From contig CAWIIV010000017.1 of the NCBI GenBank assembly GCA_963836205.1, positions 96,001-160,000 on the forward strand: a stretch of 64,000 bases of DNA. The letters run 5' to 3'. The position numbers were made by a program, and so were the translations under genes. Positions 40,014 through 48,101 of the stretch are shown in pieces. Below the pieces are notes generated by a model that saw only the letters and a list, made by a program, of their open reading frames with translations, was not told the origin of the DNA and searched no databases. How positions within the stretch are numbered: the stretch's first letter is position 1; the number at the start of each line of letters is the position of its first letter. The stretch is from an uncultured Acidimicrobiia bacterium. Lineage in GTDB: Bacteria; Actinomycetota; Acidimicrobiia; Acidimicrobiales; AC-14.

Positions 40014-40163
40014 CGACCGCGACCCCTGGGCGCCAGTGACCGACCGGTCCGGCTCTCGGCTGACCTACGGCGCCGGGGACTCCACCGTCGACGCGGCTCT
40101 CGAGGGACGGCCTCGACCGCTTCTCCGCCGTGCTCGTCGAGGCGCTGCGCGCCGGGACGGCCG

Positions 40164-40541
40164 TCAGGTGGGGTCGACGCGTCGGCCCAGGAGGCAGAAC
40201 TCGTTGTCCTCGGGGTCGGCCAGCACCACCCACGGCACCTCGCCCTGGCCGACGTCGACCGGGCGGGCGCCGAGGGCGAGCAGCCGCTCCAACTCCTCCG
40301 CCTGGTCGCAGCCCGACGGATTGACGTCGATGTGGACCCGGTTCTTCACCGTCTTGGGCTCGGCCACGGGCACGAAGACCAGCAGCGGAGGCGGGGCCCA
40401 CGGCTCGCCCGTCGACGACAGCCAGCACGTGCCGTCGTCGTCGTCCTCGTTGAGGGGCCAGCCGAGCACGTCGGCCCAGAAGCGGCCCACCACCCCCGGC
40501 TCCCGGCAGTCGATCACGATCTCCCTGAATACGCTGGCCAT
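40164..40541 (-). CDS. VOC (glyoxalase-like) family protein
   Basis: IVIDC, FWADVLGW, EPKTVKNRVHIDV, WVVLADPEDNEFC. Confidence 0.93.
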   Translation of the reverse strand: MASVFREIVIDCREPGVVGRFWADVLGWPLNEDDDDGTCWLSSTGEPWAPPPLLVFVPVAEPKTVKNRVHIDVNPSGCDQAEELERLLALGARPVDVGQGEVPWVVLADPEDNEFCLLGRRVDPT

Positions 40542-40576
40542 AGGGGAAATCTCACCAAACGGGGAGGCAGCCAACC

Positions 40577-41422
40577 ATGCTCGAACGTCGCGAGTACCCG
40601 CCCGGAGTCCCGTGCTGGGTGGACTCGGCCCAACCCGACGCCGAGGTCGCGGCCCGGTTCTACGGCGGGCTGTTCGGATGGGACATGGAGGACCAGATGC
40701 CGGCCGACTCGCCGGGCCACTACTTCATGGCCCGGCTGCGGGGTCGGGACGTGGCCGCCATCGGGTCGCTCCCCGACCAGGCGCCACCGACGCCGGCCTG
40801 GACCACCTACATCGCGGTCGCCAGCGCCGACGAGACCGCGGCTGCGGTCACCGCGGCCGGGGGGACGGTGCTGGCGGGGCCGTTCGACGTGTTCGACTCG
40901 GGTCGCACGGCGATGTGCGCCGACCCGGCAGGCGCCGTCTTCGGCCTCTGGCAGGCCGGCGCCCACCACGGGGCACAACTGGTGAACGAACCCAACACGT
41001 GGAACTGGAGCAACCTCGAAACCCCCGACGTAAAGGGCGCCAAGGCGTTCTACGGGACGGTGTTCGGCTGGGAGGCCGCCACCGTGAGCTTCGGCGAGAT
41101 GGAGGGCGTCATGTGGCGGCTGCCGGGATACGGCGACTTCCTCGATCGGCTGGAGCCGGGTATCCGCCAACGCCAGGCCGACGCCTCGGTGCCTGCCGGC
41201 TTCACCGACTGCGTCGCCTGGATGGCGCCGACCGCCGGCGAGGGCGCCCCGCAGTGGACCATCACCTTCGCCGTCGACGACACCGACGCCATCGCCGCCC
41301 GCGCCGTCGAGCTCGGGGGTGACGTCGTGGTCGCGCCCTTCGACGCCGGCCCCGTCCGGGTGGCGACGCTGCGCGATCCCCGGGGCACGGTGTTCTCGGT
41401 GAACCGGTACAACCCGGGCTGA
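40577..41422 (+). CDS. Two-domain VOC family protein (CFP32-like)
   Basis: YPPGVPCWVD, FYGGLFGW, WTTYIAV, DPAGAVFGLWQ, LRDPRG. Confidence 0.93.
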   Translation: MLERREYPPGVPCWVDSAQPDAEVAARFYGGLFGWDMEDQMPADSPGHYFMARLRGRDVAAIGSLPDQAPPTPAWTTYIAVASADETAAAVTAAGGTVLAGPFDVFDSGRTAMCADPAGAVFGLWQAGAHHGAQLVNEPNTWNWSNLETPDVKGAKAFYGTVFGWEAATVSFGEMEGVMWRLPGYGDFLDRLEPGIRQRQADASVPAGFTDCVAWMAPTAGEGAPQWTITFAVDDTDAIAARAVELGGDVVVAPFDAGPVRVATLRDPRGTVFSVNRYNPG

Positions 41423-41462
41423 CCGTGCTGACGGGCGACAGCCCCGGCGGTCGAGGCTCCGC

Positions 41463-41649
41463 TCAGGCCACCGCCGCGACTGCGAGCGGGGCCGCCGATG
41501 ACGGGCGCGCATCCCAGTCGAACGAGCTCGCCGCAGGTGCAGCGGAGCACGACCACCCGGCCGTGAGCGGCGTCGCCGGCGAAGCCCACGATGCGGTCGG
41601 TGCCAAGCAGGACCCGGGTGCGGCAGGTCGGGCAGTGGGGAGCGAACAT
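41463..41649 (-). CDS. Small Cys-rich protein divergent from MocR; probable 1-base frameshift near 41521
   Basis: RBS GAGG, MFAPHCPTCRTRVLLG...LRCTCGELV; removing one T gives DWDARPSSAAPLAVAAVA-stop. Confidence 0.6.
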
Positions 41650-41708
41650 GGCCCCATCCTCACGACTGGCCCTTGCCTTGTCACCGGCCAACGGGGCACA
41701 ATTGGCTG

Positions 41709-43148
41709 GTGAACCGGCAAGCCACTTGGCAGACCACTCCCGTCGGCCCCGAACGGTTGGCGACGGTGCTGGCCGGCTGGGCCGACGCCAGCCACGGGAC
41801 GCTGGCCCAGCAATTGGCTCACGCCCTGCGGCGGGCGGTGCAGTCGGGCGTACTCGGCGACGGGTCGCGCCTCCCCGCGGAGCGGACCCTGGCCGCGGCC
41901 CTCAACGTGAGCCGCTCGACGGTCACCGCCGCCCTCGACGAGCTGCGAGCCGACGGCACCGTCGAGTCCCGCCAGGGCAGCGGCACGGTGGTGCGCGACG
42001 TCCACGCCCGATCCGTCGCCGGCACCCGCATCGCCGAGCACTTCTCCGACGTCGGCGGCATCGACCTGGCCGCCGGCAACCCGCCCGACGCGTCCCACCT
42101 GCCGCCGATCCACCTCGACGTGGCCGCCCTGCTGGCCCGCGGCGGCGGCCCCGGCGTGCAACCCCTGGGCCTGCCCGCCCTGCGGTCCGCCCTGGCCGAG
42201 CGCCACGCCGAGTACGGCCGCCTCACCGAGCCCAGCCAGATCCACGTCACCGCCGGTGCCCACCAGGCGGTGTCGCTCTCGGTGCGGGCGCTCGTCCGCC
42301 CGGGCACGCCGATCGCGGTGGAGGACGTCAGCTACCCGGGGATCTTCGACATCATCGACTCGATCGGGGCCCGTCCCGTCCCCATCCGCACCGATCGCGC
42401 CGGCCTCATCCCCACCGACCTCGACCGGGCCCTCACCGCGCACGCCCCGCCGGTCCTGTATCTCCAGACCGGGCCCCACAACCCCACCGGGCGGGTCCCC
42501 AGCCGGGGCCGGCTGGAGGCGCTGGCCGAGGTCCTCGACCGCCACGACGTGACCGTCATCGAGGACGGCGCCCTGGCCGAGCTGACCTTCGCCGGCCGGG
42601 TCCGGCCCGAACTGGCCGACCTCTGCCGGCGGGCGGTGGTGGTCAGCGTGGGCTCGTTCAGCAAGGTGGCCTGGGGCGGGCTGCGCATCGGGTGGCTGCG
42701 GGCGCCGGCCCCGTTCGTGGAGCGCACCATGTACCTGCGCCTGGCCAACGACCTCGGGCCGTCGGTGCCGGCGCAGCTCATCGCCCTCCAGCTGGTCCCT
42801 CACCTCGACGACCTCGCCGCCCGCCGCCGGGCCACCCTGGCCGCCACCGTGGCTGCCGCCGTCGAGCGGCTGCGGGCCGACCTCCCCTCCTGGAAGGTCA
42901 TCGAGCCCGGCGGCGGGTCGGTGCTCTGGGCCGAGGTGCCCCTCCCCGACACCGGCGCCTACGTCCTGCTGGCTGGCCGCCACGGGGTCCACGTGGCGCC
43001 CGGCAGCATCGCCACCCCCACCCGCGCCCCCAACCCCCACGTGCGCATCTGCGTTGACCGGCCCTGGCCCACGGTGGAGGAGGGGATCCACCGTCTCTGC
43101 CTCGCCTGGCGCGAGCTCGACACCGCCCCCGCCGCCGTCCTCGGCTGA
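41709..43148 (+). CDS. MocR/GabR family regulator (GntR HTH plus PLP aminotransferase domain)
   Basis: LPAERTLAAALNVSRSTV, GSGT, HNPTG, GSFSKVAWGGLRIGW. Confidence 0.95.
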   Translation: MNRQATWQTTPVGPERLATVLAGWADASHGTLAQQLAHALRRAVQSGVLGDGSRLPAERTLAAALNVSRSTVTAALDELRADGTVESRQGSGTVVRDVHARSVAGTRIAEHFSDVGGIDLAAGNPPDASHLPPIHLDVAALLARGGGPGVQPLGLPALRSALAERHAEYGRLTEPSQIHVTAGAHQAVSLSVRALVRPGTPIAVEDVSYPGIFDIIDSIGARPVPIRTDRAGLIPTDLDRALTAHAPPVLYLQTGPHNPTGRVPSRGRLEALAEVLDRHDVTVIEDGALAELTFAGRVRPELADLCRRAVVVSVGSFSKVAWGGLRIGWLRAPAPFVERTMYLRLANDLGPSVPAQLIALQLVPHLDDLAARRRATLAATVAAAVERLRADLPSWKVIEPGGGSVLWAEVPLPDTGAYVLLAGRHGVHVAPGSIATPTRAPNPHVRICVDRPWPTVEEGIHRLCLAWRELDTAPAAVLG

Positions 43149-43400
43149 ATCGCCCGCCCCGGCGGCCGATGAGTTGCGAGGGCCGGTCTCGTCCTACCTG
43201 CGATGCGGACGACGACCACCTCCCCGACGCCGGAAATCTCTTCGGAAACCGGTCACTGGATGACCGGTTCCGAGGCGCATCATGACCGGGTGGCGGCCGA
43301 AAATCGTTGGTCCCAGCCGGGAAGGCCGGACATGCTGGACCCGTCCGACGTACCTGGTGGGGGACGGGCGATTCCCGGAAAATCCCCGAGCGGCTCGTCC

Positions 43401-43431
43401 TTGACTTCAAGTGAACTTCAACAAATAGGGT
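43401..43431 (+). promoter_or_regulatory. MerR-type promoter with SoxR-box-like dyad
   Basis: TTGACT, 19-bp spacer TCAAGTGAACTTCAACAAA, TAGGGT. Confidence 0.75.
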
Positions 43432-43476
43432 GGCCGCGGGGCCCCCACTCCACCCGATCAGCGAAGGGACTGCACC

Positions 43477-44517
43477 GTGTCTGAGAACCGAACCGGACTG
43501 ATCGAGCGCCGCGCCCAGCGGCCACAACCACCGTCCGACGTCACCTTCGCGGTCGACGCCCACGGGCTGGTCAAGCGCTACGGCGACACCGTCGCCCTCG
43601 ACGGCATCGACCTCCAGGTCCCGGTGGGGACGGTCACCGCCGTCCTCGGCCCCAACGGGGCGGGCAAGACCACGGCCGTGCGCATCCTCACCACCCTCAC
43701 CCAGGCGGACGAGGGCTCGGCCACGGTGGCCGGCTTCGACGTCCGCCGCCAGGCCACCGAGGTCCGCCGCCGGATCGGCCTGGCCGCCCAGGACGCCACC
43801 GTCGACCCGCTCCTGACCGGCCGGGAGAACCTGGTCATGCTGGGCGAGCTGCACCAGCTCAGCCGCAAGGAGTCGGCCGCCCGGGCGACTGTCCTGCTCG
43901 ACGACTTCTCCCTCACCGAGGCCGCCGACCGGGTCGTCTCGGGCTACTCGGGCGGCATGCGTCGCCGGCTCGACCTGGCCGCCACCCTGATGTCGCGGCC
44001 CAGCGTGCTCTTCCTCGACGAGCCCACCACCGGCCTCGACCCCCGGGCCCGCGCCGAGCTGTGGACCGTGATCGACACCCTCGTCCACCGGGGCACCACG
44101 GTCGTGCTCACCACCCAGTACCTGGACGAGGCCGAGCGCCTGGCCGACGACATCGTCGTCATCGACCACGGCAAGGTCATCGCCCGGGGCGACGCCCGCA
44201 CCCTCAAGCGCACCGTGGGCGGCGACCAGGTGCGGGTCGTGGTGACCGACCCCGAGCGCCTCCACGACGCGGCCCGCATCGTGGAGGACGTCACCGGCTT
44301 CGACGTGATCGTCGACACCGCCACCCGCACGCTCACCGGACCCACCGGCCGCAGCGTGGAGACGGTGGTCCTGGTCGCCCAGGGCCTGCTCCGGTCCAAG
44401 ATCGGGGTCGACGACCTCAGCCTGGGCCAGCCCACGCTCGACGAGGTGTTCCTCACCCTCACCGGAAGCCCCGCCCACGACGACACCGACGACGAGACCG
44501 CCGAGGAGGCGTCATGA
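43477..44517 (+). CDS. DrrA-type ABC exporter ATP-binding protein
   Basis: GPNGAGKT, YSGGMRRRLDLA, FLDEPTTGLDP, TTQYLDEA, PTLDEVFL. Confidence 0.95.
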   Translation: MSENRTGLIERRAQRPQPPSDVTFAVDAHGLVKRYGDTVALDGIDLQVPVGTVTAVLGPNGAGKTTAVRILTTLTQADEGSATVAGFDVRRQATEVRRRIGLAAQDATVDPLLTGRENLVMLGELHQLSRKESAARATVLLDDFSLTEAADRVVSGYSGGMRRRLDLAATLMSRPSVLFLDEPTTGLDPRARAELWTVIDTLVHRGTTVVLTTQYLDEAERLADDIVVIDHGKVIARGDARTLKRTVGGDQVRVVVTDPERLHDAARIVEDVTGFDVIVDTATRTLTGPTGRSVETVVLVAQGLLRSKIGVDDLSLGQPTLDEVFLTLTGSPAHDDTDDETAEEAS

Positions 44518-45383
44518 CTCTCATCCTGGCCACATCCACCGGCGCGCCGGTCGACGCCACGCCGGCCCACGACGACCTGCCCGCCCCCCGGGGGGTCCTC
44601 CACGACGCCCTGGTCATCGCCCGGCGGGGCCTCATCCACATGAAGCGCCAGCCCCAGGCCCTGGCCGACGCCACCATCCAGCCGATCATGTTCGTGCTGC
44701 TGTTCGCCTACGTGTTCGGCGGCGCCATCGACGTCCCCGGCGGCGGCAACTACCGGGAGTTCCTCATGGGCGGGATCTTCGCCCAGACCATCGTGTTCAT
44801 CGCCATGGGCGTGGGCATGTCGATCGCCTTCGACCGCACCAACAAGGCGGTCGACCGGTTCCGGGCCCTGCCCATCTCCCAGGGGGCGGTGCTCGGCGGC
44901 CACGCCCTCGCCAACCTGGTCAAGTCGCTGCTGCCGATCACCCTCATGTCGCTGTGCGGCCTCCTCATCGGGTGGCGCATCCAGTCGGGCCTGGCCGATG
45001 CGGTCGTGGGCTACGCCCTCCTGATCGCCTTCGCCCTGGCCATGATCTGGGTGGGTGTGCTGCTGGGAAGCGTCGTGTCCACCCCCGAGGCGGTGCAGGG
45101 CGTCGGCTTCGTCGTGATGTTCCCGATCACGTTCATCGCCAGCACGTTCGTGCCCACCGAGTCGATGCCCGGCGTGCTGCGGACGATCGCGGAGTGGAAT
45201 CCCGTGACCACCCTCTCCAACGCCGTCCGCATCCAGTTCGGCAACCCCACCGCCCCACCGCTGCCGGGCGACCCGTGGCCGATCGCCCACCCGCTGGCCT
45301 ACTCGCTGATCTGGTGCGTCGTCATCGTGGCCGTCTGCGCCCCCCTGGCCATGCGGGCCTACCGACGCTCGATCGCCGACTAG
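44514..45383 (+). CDS. DrrB-type ABC-2 permease
   Basis: QPIMFVLLFAYVFGG, DRFRALP, FVPTESMP, EWNPV. Confidence 0.95.
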   Translation: MTLILATSTGAPVDATPAHDDLPAPRGVLHDALVIARRGLIHMKRQPQALADATIQPIMFVLLFAYVFGGAIDVPGGGNYREFLMGGIFAQTIVFIAMGVGMSIAFDRTNKAVDRFRALPISQGAVLGGHALANLVKSLLPITLMSLCGLLIGWRIQSGLADAVVGYALLIAFALAMIWVGVLLGSVVSTPEAVQGVGFVVMFPITFIASTFVPTESMPGVLRTIAEWNPVTTLSNAVRIQFGNPTAPPLPGDPWPIAHPLAYSLIWCVVIVAVCAPLAMRAYRRSIAD

Positions 45384-45429
45384 TCACCGTCGGCGGACAG
45401 GAGCGGGCGATCCGACGTAGAAAGGCCCC

Positions 45430-45842
45430 GTGAGGCTGCTCGGAGACGACCTCGTCCCCGAGGTGGGCGTCGCCCCTGAAGTGGGACTCGTCTATTGGGT
45501 CGACACCACCATCCTCCCGGCCGGCGACCCCGAGGACCAACGGCCGGTGGTCGTGGTCGAGGTCCCCGCATCGGAGTCGGTGGACGGGCCTGAGTCGGTG
45601 GACGGGACGGTCGGTGGACGGGCCGATCGGTGGACGGGCCTGAGTCGGTGGACGGAACAGTGGTGGTCGTGTCCCGGTCGGCGGTCGACGGCTTCGGCGT
45701 GGAGGACACGGGTGGCGGCGCTCGCTTCTCCCGCCGCCACCCCGTCCCCCGCCGGCTGTGGACGGCGGCGACGGTGACCCCCATCGGCCGCCTCGACGAC
45801 GACGTGCTGGCCGCGGTGCGGGCCCGGTTCAGCGGCCGGTGA
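45430..45842 (+). CDS. PemK/MazF-like small protein, frameshifted within an internal tandem repeat
   Basis: G.VYWVD...RPVVVV / TVVVVSRS...IGRLDDDVLAAV; halves lie in ORFs 45430-45777 and 45630-45842. Confidence 0.5.
45574..45655. repeat. Imperfect 16-18 bp tandem repeat, core TCGGTGGACGG x5
   Basis: Cores at 45577, 45595, 45611, 45627, 45645 (spacing 18,16,16,18). Confidence 0.9.
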
Positions 45843-46851
45843 GCGCCGGCGCGCCGCCGCCGCCGCCGGGCTGGCCGAGCTGCGGGCGGGCCGGGCCGGC
45901 ACCGCCTTCACGGCCGAGCTCCAGCGGACGATCCGGGCGGTGGCCGTGGCCCGGAACTTCCCCCCGCCCGAGGGGCATCCGTCGTGGGACGCCGACGCGG
46001 TGTGGTCGGCCGCGTCCGAGTTCATGAGCGACGCCCAGACCCCCCGCCGGCTCACCGACCTCGCCGTCCACTGCGCCACCGGCGACGCCCTCCGGGCCCG
46101 GCTCCAGGGGACGGTCCGCAACTTCCTCGCCGACCTCGGCCGGCGGACTCCCATCGGCAAGCTCGTGGTGCGGGTCAACGACGTCCTGCGGGGCGAGCCC
46201 GGGTTCCGGTCGGTCGGGGGCCGGTGGGCCCGGGCCGCGGATTCGTCCGACGTCGCCGGCGTCGACGACCCCGAAGCCCTGGGCCGGGCCATCGCCGGCA
46301 TCGACGTGGTCGTGCCCGCCTGGGGCCACGACGCCCACCGGGCGGCACCGGTGGCCGACCGCACCACCATCGTGTCCCTCTGCGACGCCCTGCTCGACGC
46401 CGCCGGCGGCTCGCTCACGGCCCGGGCCCTGGCCCGGGCCATCGGCCGCCGGCTCGGCATCGGCCAGGCGCCCCTGTCGTTGGACGCCAACGCGTTCGAC
46501 GGTGGGGCCGGGACCGCGGGCGCCGCGGGCTCGTCGTCTCCGAAGGCCGACAGCACGGCCGACGAAGCCCTCCGGCTCCACCGGGCGGCCGAAGTGCTGT
46601 CCCAGCTGAACGACCGGGAGCGCCTCGCCGTCGCCTACCCCGAGCTCACCGTCCGCCACCTGGCGCCCGTCCTCGGGGTGAGCCCGTCGCAGTGCCACGT
46701 GATCCGGGGGCGGGCGGCAGAGGTCATCCGGGTCGAGCTGGTCGACGACGACGACGCCGAGGGGGTGGCCCTGCTGGTGATGGCGCTGGGCCGCAATTGG
46801 GCCGACGCGGTGGACAACGTCGCCGGGTCCGCCGTAGTGGTCGCGCGATGA
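45839..46851 (+). CDS. Divergent sigma-70-like protein (region 2 and region 4 with a large insert)
   Basis: VRNFLADLGRR (region 2-like); LSQLNDRERLAV..LTVRHLAPVLGVSPSQ (region 4 HTH); the coupled GTG at 45839 needs a 1-base correction, otherwise start at 45940. Confidence 0.6.
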
Positions 46852-48101
46852 GCGTGTTCGGACCGGCGCACCCCCTCGACGTCGACTTGGCCGCGACCGA
46901 CCGCGACCCAGGCGCCGATCTCGAAGTCGCCGATCTCCAAGCCCACCTCCTCGACTGCCGGGTGTGCCGGGTCCGGCGCGACCGGCTCCGCCGGGCCACC
47001 CCCGCCGACCTCCACCTCGACCGGGCCCTGCCATCGCCCGAGATCACGCCTCCCGTGGGTGAGCCCGGCTCACCGGCCGTCGACGACCTGTGGCTGGCCG
47101 GCGACGACGAGCGGCTGCTGGTGCACGTCCTGCGGTTGGAGGAGGGCCGGGCCCTGGTCGCGCCCGTCACCCTCGACGTCGAGGCCGCCGACGACGAGAC
47201 CCTGATCGTCGACGGGGGGCCCCCTGGGCTCGGGCCGCTGGCGATCCACCCCCGGCTGGCCACCGAGGTCCCGGCCTCGGTGCTCGTCGAGCGCATGGGC
47301 CACCTCGACGTGGCCGGCGCCCGCCGGGGCTCCCCCATCGTCGACGCCACCGACCCCCGGCTCGAGGTCCGCCAGCTCCTCGCCGACCGCCTGGCTTCCC
47401 TCGACGAGCCCCCGCCCGACCCCGCCACCAGGGCCGACGCGCGCCCGCCCCGCCCCGAGCACGTCCGATCGGCCCTGATCGGCGACCTGCGCGCCTTCCG
47501 GGGCCGCATGTGCGTGGTCCGCCCCCTGCCGAACTGGGGCGACGTCCTCCTCGCCCACCGGGCCGGATGGGAGCCGATCGCCACCGTCGACGAGATCGGT
47601 ATCGTGCTCGTCGTCCTCGACACGCCCCACGGCCTGGCCGACGACGCCGACTTCGACATCGCCCGTTCGGTACTCACCCGGTTCAACGCCACCGCCCTGG
47701 TCGTGCTGGCGTCCGCGGTCAGCGACACCGCCGAGGCGTTCGACTCGTCGTCGCTCAACTACGGGATCGACGCCCCGTCCGGCCGCCACACCGCCCCCCG
47801 CCCCCTCATCTCCGGCCTGGCCCCGTTCGACGCCATCGCCAAGTTCCTCGACCAGGTCTCGGGCGCCCGGTTGGCGGCTCCCGCGTCCCGAGGCCCGGTC
47901 ACCCGGGTCGACGTCGACCAGATCCTGCGGGAGGCGGCCGGCGCCGCCGTGGCCGAGTCGGTGCGCCAGGGCTCCAAGTTCCGGATCGTCCCCAAGCGGC
48001 GGGGCTACGAGTCGATCGCCGACGCCCAGGACGGCTTCGAGACCGCGCTGGCACGCGCCTTCGGGCCCGGCTTCGCCGTCCAGGACCTGCTCGACCTGTG
48101 A
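46848..48101 (+). CDS. Multidomain protein with N-terminal zinc anti-sigma (HxxxCxxC) motif
   Basis: HLLDCRVC; ATGA overlap with the sigma-like gene; no TM; two further globular regions. Confidence 0.65.
   Translation: MSVFGPAHPLDVDLAATDRDPGADLEVADLQAHLLDCRVCRVRRDRLRRATPADLHLDRALPSPEITPPVGEPGSPAVDDLWLAGDDERLLVHVLRLEEGRALVAPVTLDVEAADDETLIVDGGPPGLGPLAIHPRLATEVPASVLVERMGHLDVAGARRGSPIVDATDPRLEVRQLLADRLASLDEPPPDPATRADARPPRPEHVRSALIGDLRAFRGRMCVVRPLPNWGDVLLAHRAGWEPIATVDEIGIVLVVLDTPHGLADDADFDIARSVLTRFNATALVVLASAVSDTAEAFDSSSLNYGIDAPSGRHTAPRPLISGLAPFDAIAKFLDQVSGARLAAPASRGPVTRVDVDQILREAAGAAVAESVRQGSKFRIVPKRRGYESIADAQDGFETALARAFGPGFAVQDLLDL

Noticed and set aside
45574-45655. Possible mini-CRISPR
   Set aside because: 11-bp core with 5-7 bp gaps inside a coding region; it is a VNTR
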